DNA of 55,011 nucleotides from Nemertoderma westbladi (GCA_032718475.1 JAUCBJ010008434.1:1-55011), one strand, 5' to 3'. Counted from the stretch's first letter, positions 1 through 13,917 are shown. The notes: generated by a model from the sequence alone, not told the origin. Numbers and translations are program-made.

Positions 1-924
1 GCTACTGAGAAGGATGTTATTCTTCAAAAGTTAGTTCTCGAACTAGCATCAGGAAAAACCTCTAACTCACCTGAACTACGTCCATATAAACACATACGGA
101 ATGAATTAACTGTCCATAATGGGACAATTTTTGGACCACAGTTTCGAGCAGCTGAACTATCACGTTTCTGCAAGGACAATGGATTTGCTTTATGGCCCTC
201 TGCTCCATATACACCAAACAGTAACGACGCTGCTGAGCGATTAGCGCAATCCTAAGAAACTGTCCAATGCAAAGATACCTCTGAAAGAAAAGATTGCCAT
301 ATTTCTCTTAGCTGACCACAGCACCATTAAAGAAAACGATCAGACACCAGCTGAAATAGTTTTTGGAGGTCTAAACATTAAAACACGTTTACATCGCCTA
401 CTGAAATTCCCTGAAGATCCAAAGATAATCACTACCAGTGGAAACTATATCAAAGGGGAAGCGATCTGGGTACGAAACTTTTCTCGTCGTAAACCTACTG
501 AAAAATGGTTACCCGCGATATATCAAGGACTTTTGGTTCAAGATTCGCTACAGTTGAAATATGTGGAACCATATTCAGACGCCATCTTGATCACCTGAGG
601 AAACGAATCAGCCCTTTTGTAGGCCAAGGGGGAGAGAGTAACAAAGACATGTTTCAGCCGAAACGAGTTGATAACAAAAATGGAGGTACCAAGACAATTG
701 AAACCTCGGCTGATGTGAACATGGGAGCAAGAGAGGTTACGGCGGAAAACCACTTGGGTGCAAGAGACGATACAGTGGAAACCCAAGAACGAGGACAAAT
801 GAGACATACTGTCGAACCTAGTTCGGAGTCGAGGTCTGATCAAACTCAAAGTGTCGCTGGAACACGACGGATCCGCAAGAAAACTGATTACTATGGTTTT
901 GACTCTAAAACTAATATGGACTAA
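1..924 (+). mobile_element. Degenerate Gypsy/Ty3 (K02A2.6-like) retrotransposon pol 3' remnant (integrase and C-terminal tail)
   Basis: Broken frames give ELRPYKHIRNELTVHNG, GPQF..FCKDNG, SAPYTPNSN.AAER, TPAEIVFG, GEAIWVRNF and RRHLDHLRKR...RIRKKTDYY; purine run AGGGGGAG near 985 could be the PPT. Confidence 0.75.
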
Positions 925-1106
925 AATGAGGATTAAGACCATATAACATATTAGATTTTGTTCTTTTGAACTAAATATTTCCCAGGGGGAGTATTTTAGG
1001 ATCTACTATTAACAGGTAAAGCCATGCTACACAAAATATAGGCCATGTCATTTGATGTAGGCCTGTTACCGTGTAACACATGGCTACAGACCACAGTAAT
1101 TATATA

Positions 1107-2040
1107 CCGGTGTAACAGGAAAATATGCCCCCCCGGGAAATGTGCCCGGGGGGGGGCATATTTTCCTAGGAAAAAATGCCCCCCCGGGCAAATTTCCCTA
1201 GGAAAAAATGCCCCCCCTTAGGAAATTATGCCCCCCCTGAATTATACAATAAACAAAACTTATTACTACTAAAACTTACAAAAATTATACAAAATAATAA
1301 ACAGTCACTTTACCAAATGAAGGAAAGGAGCAGGTTACAGAGGCGGGATTTTCTAACCAAAACAATAAACGATCATTTAACTAATTGAGGGAAAGGAGCA
1401 GGTTACAGAGGCGGGATTTTCTAACCAAAACAATAAACAGTCACTTTAGCAAATCAGGGAAAGGAGCAGGTTACAGAGACGGGATTTTCTAGCCAAAACA
1501 ATAAACGATAACATTACCAATTGAGAGAAAGGAGCAGGTTACAGAGGCGGGATTTTCTAACCAAAACAATAAACAATCACTTTACCAAATCAGGGAAAAG
1601 GAGCAGGTTACAGACTTAAAAAAGCTTGGAGCTGCTCGGCGCCCACCTGCCCACACAACACCACACACTCGCACTGCTGTTATACCAGTAGGTACTTACT
1701 ACAGTAGCCTACTGATTCAGCATACTTCAGTATGCTGTTCTACATTCCTTACTGCCTTACCTGCTTTACCTACCGGCAGACCGGTACCGTACTATTCTTC
1801 CAACTATTACAAGTTCTGCAGTTGGTAGATTAAAAGTGGCTACCAGCAGACCGGTATTGTACCAGTTTTCAGACTTTTGAGGGGGGCTAATTTTCCTGAG
1901 GGGAGGCATTATTTCCTAAGGAGAAAATGCCCCCCCGGGCTAAATTTCCTAGGAAAAATTGCCCGGGGGGACATAATATCCTAGGAAATAATGCCCCGGG
2001 GGGCATATTCTAGGGGGGGCTGATTTCCTTGTGACACCGG
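1107..2040. mobile_element. Non-autonomous DNA transposon (MITE) with TA flanks
   Basis: Termini CCGGTGTAACAGGAAA / TTTCCTTGTGACACCGG, TA on both sides, subterminal CCTAGGAAAAAATGCCCCC repeats at both ends; carries about 5 copies of the 68-bp repeat. Confidence 0.75.
1290..1615 (+). repeat. 68-bp tandem repeat, about 5 copies
   Basis: AGGAGCAGGTTACAGAGGCGGGATTTTCTAACCAAAACAATAAAC recurs every 68 bp. Confidence 0.9.
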
Positions 2041-3889
2041 TAGTGGTGGTACTGGTGGTCCCTAAAAGTGGGTCCCTTCAATACATACTGTATGTAGTTC
2101 GATAAGGGGTCCCATATTATACATACAGTACATTCAATAAAAAAATATTTTTCAATATTTTGTATATGTAAATTCTTAAAAGATTTTGTATGATCATTCT
2201 ATGATCGTAGCAGATGTACAATGTATTATGATCAGTGCAGATGAATCAAGCACATAGTATGATCCGTATAGATCTTGGCAGATTCGTAAAGTCGCTAGTC
2301 TAGGGATGGCACAAAATATCAAAATATCTAAAGCTTCATAGAAATGTTTCATTTTCGGTATTTATAGGTTTCCAAAGGACAAAGGTGCTGATTCGATTAC
2401 AAATGTTTTCAAATTCTCTAGTGGCACATAGGTCAGTAGGTGCCACTTTTTATTCTGTATTACTGATTTACCGGTCAGTTCATTAATCACAGAGTTGCAG
2501 ACCGGTCATAGTTTATGACCGTCACCGCCACTAACATAACCGATTAATATCTGTGTATTTTCTGCTGTTATTTTGTATCGTGATATTCATTACATACATA
2601 GTTCTGTGCTATTATCATTTCGGAAGATTAATATTGAGAAACACAAACGCTCTTATTTCCCCGACGGCATCAACGTTGTATTTTTCGGTGCTGTGTGCAA
2701 AATTTGGTGCCAGCAAGAACTTTTGAAAATTAATTCAATAGTTCAATTGATTGTGACAACTCATACTGTAATCCTATCTTACATTTTAGAGGTTTATAAA
2801 TATTTATCTAACAACTATACATCTCAAACTTGTATTTTTTGGAAGTATGGGGTTTCTTGAGTTTATACGGATTTGTGAGGGTTCTGAATTCAATGGAATA
2901 TGTAAAAATTGCATAAGAATTCTGAAACTTGTATTTTTCGGCGGTGGGTGAAAATTTTCAACAACATCGTTTATTGTTTAGGTTAGAAATTGCCGCCGTT
3001 GTAACCTGCTCTTTTCCTTCAATTGGAAGGTAACAACATCGTTTATTGATTTCCACCTTCCCACCCATCTTCCTTCATCGTTTGGGTATAAACTCAGCTG
3101 TATCAGCTGGCAATCAGGGCAATATTGGGCATGTTAGTTAAAGTGTTTCGCCATATTCGGCAGTACAGTACTGTACAGAGGACTGTACCTCTTCCTGCCT
3201 TCCCTTTAGCGTAACAAACAAACAATAAACATTTTAAATGTAATATACTAATAAGTACAGTATCATTATTCAATTAATTTTATATTGACAACTATTAACA
3301 AGAAAGATTACTAAAATATTGCAGCAAAGGCAGAAAGGCTGTATTGTTTTTAATAAATGATTAATGTTTCAACACCAACTAAATCTGCGAAAGTTGTTTA
3401 CATCTGAAACTATCCATCTTTGCTGGGGCAATCACACAACTTTCATACCCGCCATCCTTCATCCTACAGAACTGTATATCGCATTTTTAACCGCAATAAT
3501 TTTTATTGTCCGTTTAAATCCTTTTTTGTCCTTTTTTTTGATTTTTTATGTCCTCCAAAAGTCTAATGTTAGGTTCCATGCTACCGGTTTCTCTACTGCT
3601 GTTCTCTCAGGCTATCAGTACCGGTATTAGTATATATAGCACTATTTTGCTGTATTGTATGTATAGATGTAGGTATAAAGCAGGTATTTCTGTATTTTAG
3701 TACCGGTACCGGCACCGGTACTGCTATAGGCTTACTGTGTAGCCTACCATTTAAATACGGTAATGGTAGGCCTACCGGTTGTGCTAATAAATTTTAAATA
3801 ATTGATAGGCCAAACTGGATTGCAGGATTGTGGAAAATGTGGATTTACCTTTCACATAATTTAGGCCTATTACTGTATTAGTTTTATCG

Positions 3890-4545
3890 TCTCTGTAACC
3901 TGCTCCTTACCCTCAATTAGTTAAATGATCGTTTATTGTTTTGGTTAGAAAATCCCGCCTCTGTAACCTGCCCCTTTCCCTCAATTAGTTAAATGATCGT
4001 TTATTGTTTTGGTTAGAAAATCCCGCCTCTGTAACCTGCTCCTTTCCCTGAATTGGTAAAGTGACCGTTTATTGTTTTGGTTAGAAAGGCCCGCCTCTGT
4101 AACCTGCCCCTTTCCCTCAATTAGTTAAATGATCGTTTATTGTTTTGGTTAGAAAATCCCGCCTCTGTAACCTGCTCCTTTCCCTCAATTAGTTAAGTGA
4201 TCGTTTATTGTTTTGGTTAGAAAATTCCGCCTCTGTAACCTGTCCCTTTCCCTCAATTAGTTAAATGATCGTTTATTGTTTTGGTTAGAAAATCCCGCCT
4301 CTGTAACCTGCTCCTTTCCCTCAATAAGTTAAGTGATCGTTTATTGTTTTGGTTACAAAAATCCCGCCTCTGTAACCTGCTCCTTTCCCTCAATTAGTTA
4401 AGTGATCGTTTATTGTTTTGGTTAGAAAATCCCGTCTCTGTAACCTGCTCCTTTCCCTGATTTGGTAAAGTGACTGTTTATTGTTTTGGTTAGAAAACTC
4501 GGCCTTAACCTGCTCCTTTCCATCAATTGGTAATTGTTTTTGGCT
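3890..4545 (-). repeat. 68-bp tandem repeat, about 9-10 copies (same family as 1290-1615, opposite orientation)
   Basis: Unit TCTGTAACCTGCTCCTTTCCCTCAATTAGTTAAATGATCGTTTATTGTTTTGGTTAGAAAATCCCGCC, period 68. Confidence 0.92.
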
Positions 4546-4844
4546 ATAAAATGAGTGTTTTGCTACGTCATGTGGTAATCGATTATCGACAACAACCTCA
4601 AACTATTAAATATAGAGTCTTTTTACCACAGGCGCATATGGAAATCTATCTCATAGTCTATAAATCATGGAGTCATGCAATGTTTTGGCACAGGCATAGT
4701 GAAAGTATGCCTGTGTGCCGGTATGCCTGAAGGCCTACTGCTATGTCATATGATGATACTGATACCATACTGCCATACGTAACATGGCAACCTGATCCCC
4801 TATTTAACTGTATCTCTTTCTCCTGATTGGTTATAGGATCAGAT

Positions 4845-5809
4845 CAGGGATGGCAATTAGGTTTTAATATTAGGTTTTATTATTAGGTTTTAATAAAAAA
4901 CCTAGTGTAAAAATTATTAGGTTTTATTAGGTTTTATTGGGTTTTATTCCAGTCTGCCACGAGAGTGCAATCCGTTGGCCTAATTATTGGGTATTGGGGA
5001 AAAACCTCACATTTCGTTGTGTGCTAGAGTGCTAGACCTTCAACGGTTCGATTAGACATTAGCAGATTATCCAGTCGGGGAGTTCTATTTACAACTGACA
5101 GACTGAGTTGAAATTTAAACTTTATTTTTTAAAAGTCAACTTTTGGAGAAGGGTTTAAAATTCAACTTTTTTTTAAAATTCAACTTTTGGAGTTGGTTTG
5201 GAAATAGGCCTACTGATAAATATGGAATTGGGATCCATTACTGGTATTCCATTGTATAATAATTATGACATAGGCCTATAGCGGTACCGGTAATTTAATA
5301 CATCTAACAGTCTAATAAATTCCTGTAGTATTTCAGCTAATTTGCAAATGTAAAATGTTTTTAAAAAATGTAATCCCGGCGGTGAAAGTTTTTATTCCAT
5401 CGGTAATGATGGTTGATTTTTCGAGTTACACCCATAAAAAGAATAAAAACACCCTTCTGTAACGTCTTGGGGCTAACTGCAGTACGCAGTACTGGTACTG
5501 TACGTGTACGATAGTTTTGCCATAGTTTGGTGAGATTATTATAAGTTAATAAGTCATACTTGCAATTGCTTCACAGACTTGAGAATAGGCGCAATGAAAC
5601 CGCAATGGTCGATTTAGTGGGTGTTACAACCTTCAAAACAGCAATTAAGTCATTGGTTCTCGAAAAATTTCTTAATTTTTGTATGAAAATTTAGGTTTTA
5701 TTAGGTTTTTTTAGGTTTTATTAGGTTTTATTAGGTTTTATAAGGTTTTATTCAATTAAAGAAAAAACCTATTTTTGTTTTTTTTTAAATTAGGTTTTAA
5801 CCATCCCTG
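4845..5809. mobile_element. hAT-type non-autonomous element
   Basis: TIR CAGGGATGG / CCATCCCTG, 8-bp TSD GATCAGAT (4837-4844, 5810-5817), subterminal TTAGGTTTTA repeats. Confidence 0.88.
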
Positions 5810-6037
5810 GATCAGATGCCGTCAGATCAGATCAGATAAGGACAGACGTTTTATTCTACCTCGTAAAGTACTGCTGTACCGGTAGGTACTGAAGTAATAC
5901 TAAAACAGTAATAAAATACAGAAATAACTGAATAATGGCTGAATGGTGTATAATCCAGTAATCATTTAGCCTGTCCAGCTGTCTGCCTGTAGCGACCTAC
6001 CTGCCTACTGAGCTAGCGCTGTAGCGGTACGATCACG

Positions 6038-6507
6038 ATGGGTGACTCACTACGTGTTACTATCGCTTTACTTATTCGAGGAATCCAGGAGTCGCTATTC
6101 GGTACCCTCAAACTGTACAACATCGACCGAGACGTTCAGATGAGGTTGGAGGAAGAGAGAAACAAACAGTTGGCGCTAGCGGAAGCGTACAGACAACAGC
6201 TCCGACGACCGCCCCCGCCAAGGAAACCGGTGCATTCAGACCCCCTCGTTCTGCCCAAACTACTGCAGTCTTGTCTACTCAACGGTGGAGTGTTTCTATT
6301 CAGTATATTTATATTTAACTATATTATTCTACCAACGGTGGAGTTTCTACTTGGTTTAGTGACAGATCCATCCGATTCGGTTTCCTGGTTGTGGGTCCGG
6401 TGGACTTTGTCTTCTTTGTTTTCTGCTCTTTGGGTTATTCCATTATTCCTTCTCAGTAAAGTTGTTAACGGACTTTGGTTCCAAAGGATTGCTGATGCTG
6501 CATACAG
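6038..6507 (+). CDS. EI24: EI24 (etoposide-induced 2.4 homolog, ER autophagy membrane protein), coding exon 1
   Basis: QSCLLNGGVF and FSALWVIPLFLLSKVVNGLWFQRIADAAY are hallmark EI24 motifs; donor AG|GTCTGT after 6507 is phase 2 and matches exon 2. Confidence 0.92.
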
Positions 6508-6799
6508 GTCTGTGAGTCATTGAGTTATTATAGTACTCCGTAACCTGGTAACACTAACAAATCCTTGCTCACTGTAGTACCTACGAGCTACGACAGTCTG
6601 ACAGTGCGACTGCAGCTCTGGCTCTGCTACTACAAGACTACCCACCGGTGCCGGTACTGTAAGATAGGATTTGTATCTTTAAGTTATAAATCTATGGTAA
6701 TTCATAATTAATAGGTTCATTAATCAGTTAATATCATTAAATAACGTTTAATATTGCCGTGGCGGCGTTATGATTTCAATTATGGGGGTATATGTATAA

Positions 6800-7812
6800 T
6801 AGGATGGTTTATATTTCAAAAAATTTTTTGAATTTCAGCTGGGTTCATGTTCTATGTTCTATTTTGTTCCAAATTGCATAAAAACACGTTTGATAACTTC
6901 AAAATGTGTTGGAGTTTCCGGGAACTAGATCCACCGTGGCATCATAGTAGCTGCTTGAGCAATCCTGCCATCGCCCGGTCCCACATAAAATGTAATCGTG
7001 GGACTAGTTCTTGTCATTGTTAGGTAAAGAGGTATACATATTGTTATTGTACAAAATTGTACAAAATGTCTGGACTGTGTCAACTCAATATAAGGTCATT
7101 AATTTGTGGACCTAGCCTTGACATTTTGTACAATAACTCGAGAACTAATCACTCAACTCATTTTTAGAGTTTCAACATCCCCTAAATTGATCACTGCAGT
7201 TATGTGTGAATTGTGGATGCCTTGAGATAATTAGAATTATAATTTTTAGTGTATTTGTCAATATTGCATCAAGGCTGCAAGGCTCTAATGTTGACTTGTA
7301 CTGGACTTCACATTTTCTGCAATATCTCAAAAACTATTTGCTTTATGCTTGTTTTGAAGGTGTCTACACCAACTAAATCGGTCATTGTGGTTCTAATGAG
7401 CATAATATCCATGCGGTTGGAATACTAGAAGTTAATCATTACAAAAATGGGGAATATGACTCACTTGCGGCAAGGGCGGGGATCTGGACGTGGACATGTG
7501 AAAGAAATACTAACATTTTCAGTTGGGTTCAACGACAATTCTGTAGCAAATTGTGTAAGAAATTGGAATATGTATACCTTTTTACCTAACAATGAAAATA
7601 ACTAGTCCCACGATTACATTTTATGTGGGACCGGGCGATGGCAGGATTGCTCAAGCAGCTACTATGATGTCACGGTGGGTTGGGTCTAGTTCCCGGAAAC
7701 TTCAACACATTTTGAAGTTATCAAACGTGTTTTTATGCAATTTGGAATAAATTAGAACATAGAACATGAATCCAGCTGAAATTCAACAATTTTTGAAATA
7801 TGAACCACCCTA
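6800..7812. mobile_element. hAT-like MITE with about 210-bp terminal inverted repeats, in the EI24 intron
   Basis: 6800-7009 is the near-exact reverse complement of 7600-7812; 8-bp TSD ATGTATAA (6792-6799, 7813-7820). Confidence 0.88.
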
Positions 7813-7847
7813 ATGTATAATGTTCGGATTATTTTTCAAGTATATGG

Positions 7848-9892
7848 GTCCGTATCTCGGTAATGCTCTGTATCCGTATCCCAGTAATGTTCTGTATCCG
7901 TATCCCAGTAATGCTCTGTATCCGTATCCCAGTAATCTCTGTATCCGTATCCCAGTAATGCTCTGTATCCGTATCTCAGTGTGCTCTGTATCCGTATCCC
8001 AGTAATGCTCTGTATCCGTATCCCAGTAATGCTCTGTATCCGTATCTCAGTAATGCTCTGTATCCGTATCTCAGTAATTCTCTGTATCCGTATCTCAGTA
8101 ATGCTCTGTCTCCATATCCCAGTAATGCCCTGTATCCGTATCTCAGTAATGCTCTGTATCCATATCCCAATAATGCCCTGTATCCGTAAATCAGTAATGC
8201 TCTGTATCCGTATCTCAGTAATGCTCTGTATCCGTATCTCAGTAATGCCCTGTATCCGTATCTCAGTGTGCTCTGTATCCGTATCCCAGTAATGCTCTGT
8301 ATCCGTATCCCAGTAATTCTCTGTATCCGTATCTCAGTAATGCTCTGTATCCATATCCCAGTAATGCCCTGTATCCGTATCTCAGTAATGCTCTGTATCC
8401 ATATCCCAATAATGCCCTGTATCCGTAAATCAGTAATGCTCTGTATCCGTATCTCAGTAATGCTCTGTATCCGTATCCCAGTAATGCTCTGTATCCGTAT
8501 CTCAGTAATGCTCTGTATCCGTATCCCAGTAATGCTCTGTATCCGTATCCCAGTAATGCTCTGTATCCGTATCTCAGTCATGCTCTGTATCCGTATCCCA
8601 GTAATGCTCTGTATCCGTATCCCAGTAATGTTCTGTATCCGTATCCCAGTAATGCTCTGTATCCGTATCCCAGTAATCTCTGTATCCGTAACTCAGTAAT
8701 GCTCTGTATCCGTATCTCAGTAATGTTCTGTATCCGTATCCCAGTAATGCTCTGTATCCGTATCCCAGTAATGCTCTGTATGCGTATCCCAGTAATGTTC
8801 TGTATGCGTATCCCAGTAATGCCCTGTATCCGTATCTCAGTAATGCTCTGTATCCGTATCCCAGTAATGTTCTGTATCCGTATCTCAGTGTGCTCTGTAT
8901 CCGTATCCCAGTAATGCTCTGTATCCGTATCCCAGTAATGCTCTGTATCCGTATCTCAGTAATGCTCTGTATCCGTATCTCAGTAATTCTCTGTATCCGT
9001 ATCTCAGTAATGCTCTGTATCCATATCCCAGTAATGCCCTGTATCCGTATCTCAGTAATGCTCTGTATCCATATCCCAATAATGCCCTGTATCCGTAAAT
9101 CAGTAATAATGCTCTGTATCCGTATCTCAGTAATGCTCTGTATCCGTATCTCAGTAATGCCCTGTATCCGTATCTCAGTGTGCTCTGTATCCGTATCTCA
9201 GTAATGCTCTGTATCCGTATCCCAGTAATGCCCTGTATCCGTATCCCAGTAATGCTCTGTATCCGTATCCCAGTAATGTTCTGTATCCGTATCCCAGTAA
9301 TGCTCTGTATCCGTATCCCAGTAATGCTCTGTATCCGTATCTCAGTAATGCTCTGTATCCGTATCCCAGTAATGCTCTGTATCCGTATCCCAGTAATGCT
9401 CTGTATCCGTATCTCAGTCATGCTCTGTATCCGTATCCCAGTAATGCTCTGTATCCGTATCCCAGTAATGTTCTGTATCCGTATCCCAGTAATGCTCTGT
9501 ATCCGTATCCCAGTAATCTCTGTATCCGTATCTCAGTAATGCTCTGTATCCGTATCTCAGTAATGTTCTGTATCCGTATCCCAGTAATGCTCTGTATCCG
9601 TATCCCAGTAATGCTCTGTATGCGTATCCCAGTAATGTTCTGTATGCGTATCCCAGTAATGCCCTGTATCCGTATCTCAGTAATGCTCTGTATCCGTATC
9701 CCAGTAATGTTCTGTATCCTTATCTCAGTAATGCTCTGTATCCGTATCCCAGTAATGCTATGTATCCGTATCCCAGTAATGCTCTGTATCCGTATCCCAG
9801 TAATGCTCTGTATCCGTATCTCAGTAATGCTCTGTATCCGTATCTCAGTAATGCTCTGTATCCGTATCTCAGTAATGCTTTGTATCTGTATA
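7848..9892 (+). repeat. 24-bp minisatellite (about 85 units) in the EI24 intron
   Basis: Unit CAGTAATGCTCTGTATCCGTATC(C/T); it generates the spurious MLCIRIPV / IRIQSITG ORFs. Confidence 0.97.
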
Positions 9893-10069
9893 TCTGTCTC
9901 CATGGTCTAGTAACTTTGGTTTATTGTTTTGACGTGTCACTGTAACATTCTTCTTTCATTTAATTGATGTTTCGCCGAGATTTGATTTGCGTCAAGTTGC
10001 CCCCCCCCCCCCTCCCTCTGCCACTGGCATACAAATTTTTATTTCAATAACTCTTTATTATTGTTTCAG

Positions 10070-10553
10070 GCAATCAAAAGGCCGACCTGTACCTTTGCGA
10101 CGCGGTATAACTAACGCTATTGCCGATACTGTATTCAGCATTCTCGTACAAACAGTCTTCCTTCTACAAGCCGGGGTTATCGCCCTTCTACCCATCCCGG
10201 CAGTGGGCCCAGTACTCAGACTCCTACACCACTCTCTGTTGTATTCCCTCTACGCTTTCGATTACTCCTGGTTCAACCAGGGCCACTCAGTACAACTGCG
10301 GCTGTACTTCCTGGAATCTAATTGGCCGTACTATGCGGGATTCGGCCTCCCATTGGCTATCGTTACCTCCTTCTGCGATTCGTTTGCGGTTGGCGGGGGT
10401 TTATTCGCTCTGCTCTTCCCTCTTCTAATAATCAGTGCCACCTCCGCCTCCCCTGCTAACGATTACAACGAGAAGCCACTCAAACTGTTTGCCCCCTCTG
10501 TTACTATAGTGAATATGTTGACTCGATTTACCGTTTATCGTCGAGGCAAATAA
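10070..10553 (+). CDS. EI24: EI24 coding exon 2 (joined protein about 317 aa)
   Basis: Acceptor TTGTTTCAG|G; motifs IADTVFS, SLLYSLYAFDYSWFNQG, ESNWPYYAGFGLPLA, LFALLFPLLIISA. Confidence 0.92.
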
Positions 10554-12052
10554 ATATGTTTTTATTAATTATTTTGCAATTATTTACACCTATTGGTTTG
10601 TCTTAATTTATATTGATTTATATGAATTGAATATTAATAATTAATTATTAATATTATTATTTATATACTTATATTTATTTATAGTTATTAAACCGCAAAA
10701 ATTTTAACGTTTTAAATCAGGGTACAGAAGTCAGGGCTCATAAAAAATATACAGGACTCAGACTCCAAAATTCAACATTAATTTAGCCAAAATGATAGTT
10801 TCTTCATTGAAAAATGAACGTATTTGCTGACAATGATTGTTTATATTAAGCCCACGCCCTAAAATCAACCGATTTTTCAAGGTCTCCGGAACCGGTTTAA
10901 ATAATTAAAATGTTATTGATTGTTTCGTCTTGCGTTCTTCTACGCTCCGTAGGCAAATTTGCATGTGAATAATCACAATTAAATTAATTAATTAAACTTG
11001 GCAGTGGCCCTGGTTTCCATCTACTGTACCTAAAGGTTCGACCAGGGGACGTGAGTCAGGAAATGTTAGGAAATTTCCTAGATATATTTCTGGAAATTTT
11101 TTTATAAAATTTACTTTTAAATAGTAAATATTTACAGAAATATCCTCATATTAATTGCATAAAATAGTAATAATAATATTTGAACCAAAATTGTGATTGT
11201 GACTTTGTGTTTTGTCAATTTCATTATTACAATGGTTTATATTGAACGCAATTTCCGATATTATACATTTTCCAATTTTAACTCTCACAATTTAATACCT
11301 CGTGCTATTTTGGCTGTTTAAGCACATTCTGAAATCACAAGTAAAGTAAACACTAGAAACGAGGTGTTTCCTGCCTGGTTAGTGTCCTGCTCATGTTTTG
11401 GCTAGTGTGGTCGTAGATAGGGGTAAAGTATACTTTTAAGGAAATTTTCTGAAATTTCCTTGAATATAAATTTTTCTTGAAAATTATCATCCCTACACTC
11501 TTTTAGGTTCGATGTACATTAACAATTTACAATAATTGTTCTCTTCCAAAGTTGCCTTCAGTTTCTCTTCCAATATATTTATGCCGGATTATGGATAAAA
11601 TTGGGCCGCCACAACTCACTATCGCAACCCTAAGACTTTCGTGAGATAATCTGCAGGGATGGCATAACGAAACGAAAGTAATTTCGTTTCGTTTTCTAAA
11701 TTTCGTTTTTTATCAATCTATGAAATTTTCGTTACGTTTCATAGATATTAGATGCGTTTTTCGTTTCGTTTTCTTCTAAAATTTTTGATTTTATCAAATA
11801 AAAGTTTTAAATATAACCCCCCCCCCCCCATGCCAACACCTTGATATAGTTGTATAATGTAGTACAGAATACAATATACACCATAACCCTTAATACAACA
11901 ACCATTTTTAGGGGGTCGGAGCCCCCCCCCCCCTAATTTTTTTCAAATTTCAATAAAATGCTACGAAATTTGGTATGATGATAGTTACTGGTGATGATAG
12001 ATACTTACTGGTGGCCTTACCGGATTTTTTAATTTATGAGCTATTTCGATAC

Positions 12053-13872
12053 ACTAGAAAGGCATTTCCTAAAGGAAATGCAACCACGAAGCTAAGGAAA
12101 ATTAAACAAAGGGCCACAATTTGGTTTGTTGCATAGCCTAGTTTAGTAGCATTTGGCAATAAATAACCTGTATTCCCATGGAAACTAGAATTCTCTGGAA
12201 CTGTTGGTTTTACCTTTGAAAAAAGATTCAGTCCAGATTGTGGTTCAGATAACACATACCAAGTTTCAGAAAATATTGTAGTTTATGTCCAAATTACCGA
12301 TTTTCTATCAAAATGCATCTGTTTGCAGTGGTTGTCATGGAAACTGAAAAATAGAACAATGTAATTCGGATGCAGAATAAGTCATATAGTGGGGGTAGGG
12401 GTTAGTCCCAAGTCATAATACTATTAACTTGTGCTTTAAATTATCATTTTATAAATTTTAACATCTGTTTAGACTTGTTGCTATGGTAACTGTATTTTCT
12501 AATTAACCTCAAACGGCTTGTATATGGACCTTATAGATGAGTTGCAAAACCCCAAGTTTAATACAATACAGTTTTGCTACAAATAGAGTTATCAATATAG
12601 ATTTGAATGATATAGAGTTTAATAAACTACAGTTACCGTGGTAACTAAATTTCTGGAATAATTTAAGTTTCACTAAAAGTTCCAACTAGTGGTCCAGATA
12701 ACACACCCAGTTTTGTAAAATTTTATCGTGAAGTCTATGTCCAAATGATTAAGTTTTGAATAAAAACATCTGTTTTCAGCGGTTGTCATGGTAACTGAAA
12801 AATAGAACAATGTAATTCGGATGCAGAATAAGTTATATAGTGGGGGTAGGGGTTGGTCCCAAGTCATAACACCTTAACCTTAGGCTTCAAATTAACATTT
12901 TATAAATTTTAACATCTGTCTAGCCCGGTTGCCAAGGTAACTGGATTTTCTATTTAACCTCAATCGGCTCTGCTATGGACCTTATAGTTGTGTTGAGAAA
13001 CCCCAAGTTTATATCTATTATAGTTTTCCTACAAATAGAGTTTTAAATATTGACTTGAAATACATAGACTTTTTTCTAAGTCCGTTGCCATGGAAACCAG
13101 ATTTTTCCTGGATATGAGACCCAGACCAAAAGATGCGCCTCGACGAGTAGTATATACATGCAAAATTTCAGGGTACTTTTAAAGGCTAGTTTTTTCACCG
13201 GTCAAAAAAAACCAAATCTGCTCCATACAAGTAAAATAGCCCACTATGAATAGACCATCTCAGCTAAGGAAAATCTTTCTTAGCGAAAGTAGTTGATTTT
13301 CCTTAGCTTCGTGGATAAAAACATCTGTTTTCAGCGGTTGTCATGGTAAATGCAAAATTAAACAATGAAATTCGGACGCAGAATAAGTCATATAGTGGGG
13401 GTAGGGGTTGGTCCCAAGACATAACACCTTCTCATTAGGCTTCAAATTAACATTTTGTAAATTTTAACATCTGTCTAGCCCGGTTGCCAAGGCAACTGGA
13501 TTTTCTATTCAACCTCAATCAGCTCTGCTGCGGACCTTACAGTTGAGTTGAGAAACCCCAAGTTTATATCTATTATAGTTTTCCTACAAATAGAGTTATA
13601 AATATTGACTTGAAATACATAGACTTTTTTCTAAGTCCGTTGCCATGGAAACCAGATTTTTCCTGAATATGAGACCCATCCCACACGACGCACCTCGATG
13701 AGTAGTACATACATGCAAAATTTCAGGGTACTTTTAAAGGCTAGTTTTTTCCCCGACCAAAAAACCCCAAATCTGCTCCATACAAGTAAAATAGCCCACT
13801 ATGAATAGACCATCTCAGCTAAGGAAAATCTTTCTTAGCGAAAGTAGTTGATTTTCCTTAGCTTCGTGGAAC
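12053..13872 (-). mobile_element. Helentron-associated (HINE/DINE-1-like) non-autonomous element with internal repeats and a ~555-bp tandem duplication
   Basis: Subterminal inverted repeats CCACGAAGCTAAGGAAAAT (12085) / ATTTTCCTTAGCTTCGTGG (ends 13869, second copy near 13313), adjacent partial IR, terminal hairpin GCATTTCC-TAAA-GGAAATGC (12062-12081) followed by CTAG on the minus strand; 12765-13318 is repeated at 13319-13870. Confidence 0.7.
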
Positions 13873-13917
13873 AAGCCGTTAAAAATCGCCTTTTTCGCAA
13901 ATTTTACCTTTATTTTT

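Noticed and set aside
3890-4545. CRISPR-like appearance (constant block plus a short variable block)
   Set aside because: The variable parts are near-identical variants, not unique spacers; there are no cas genes and the context is eukaryotic.
6508-6517. Better-consensus donor GTGAGT at 6512 for EI24 exon 1
   Set aside because: It would be phase 0 and frameshift exon 2; the donor after 6507 keeps the EI24 frame.
7820-9945. Many repetitive ORFs (MLCIRIPV, IRIQSITG, YGYRALL)
   Set aside because: They are translation artefacts of a 24-bp stop-poor satellite inside an intron.
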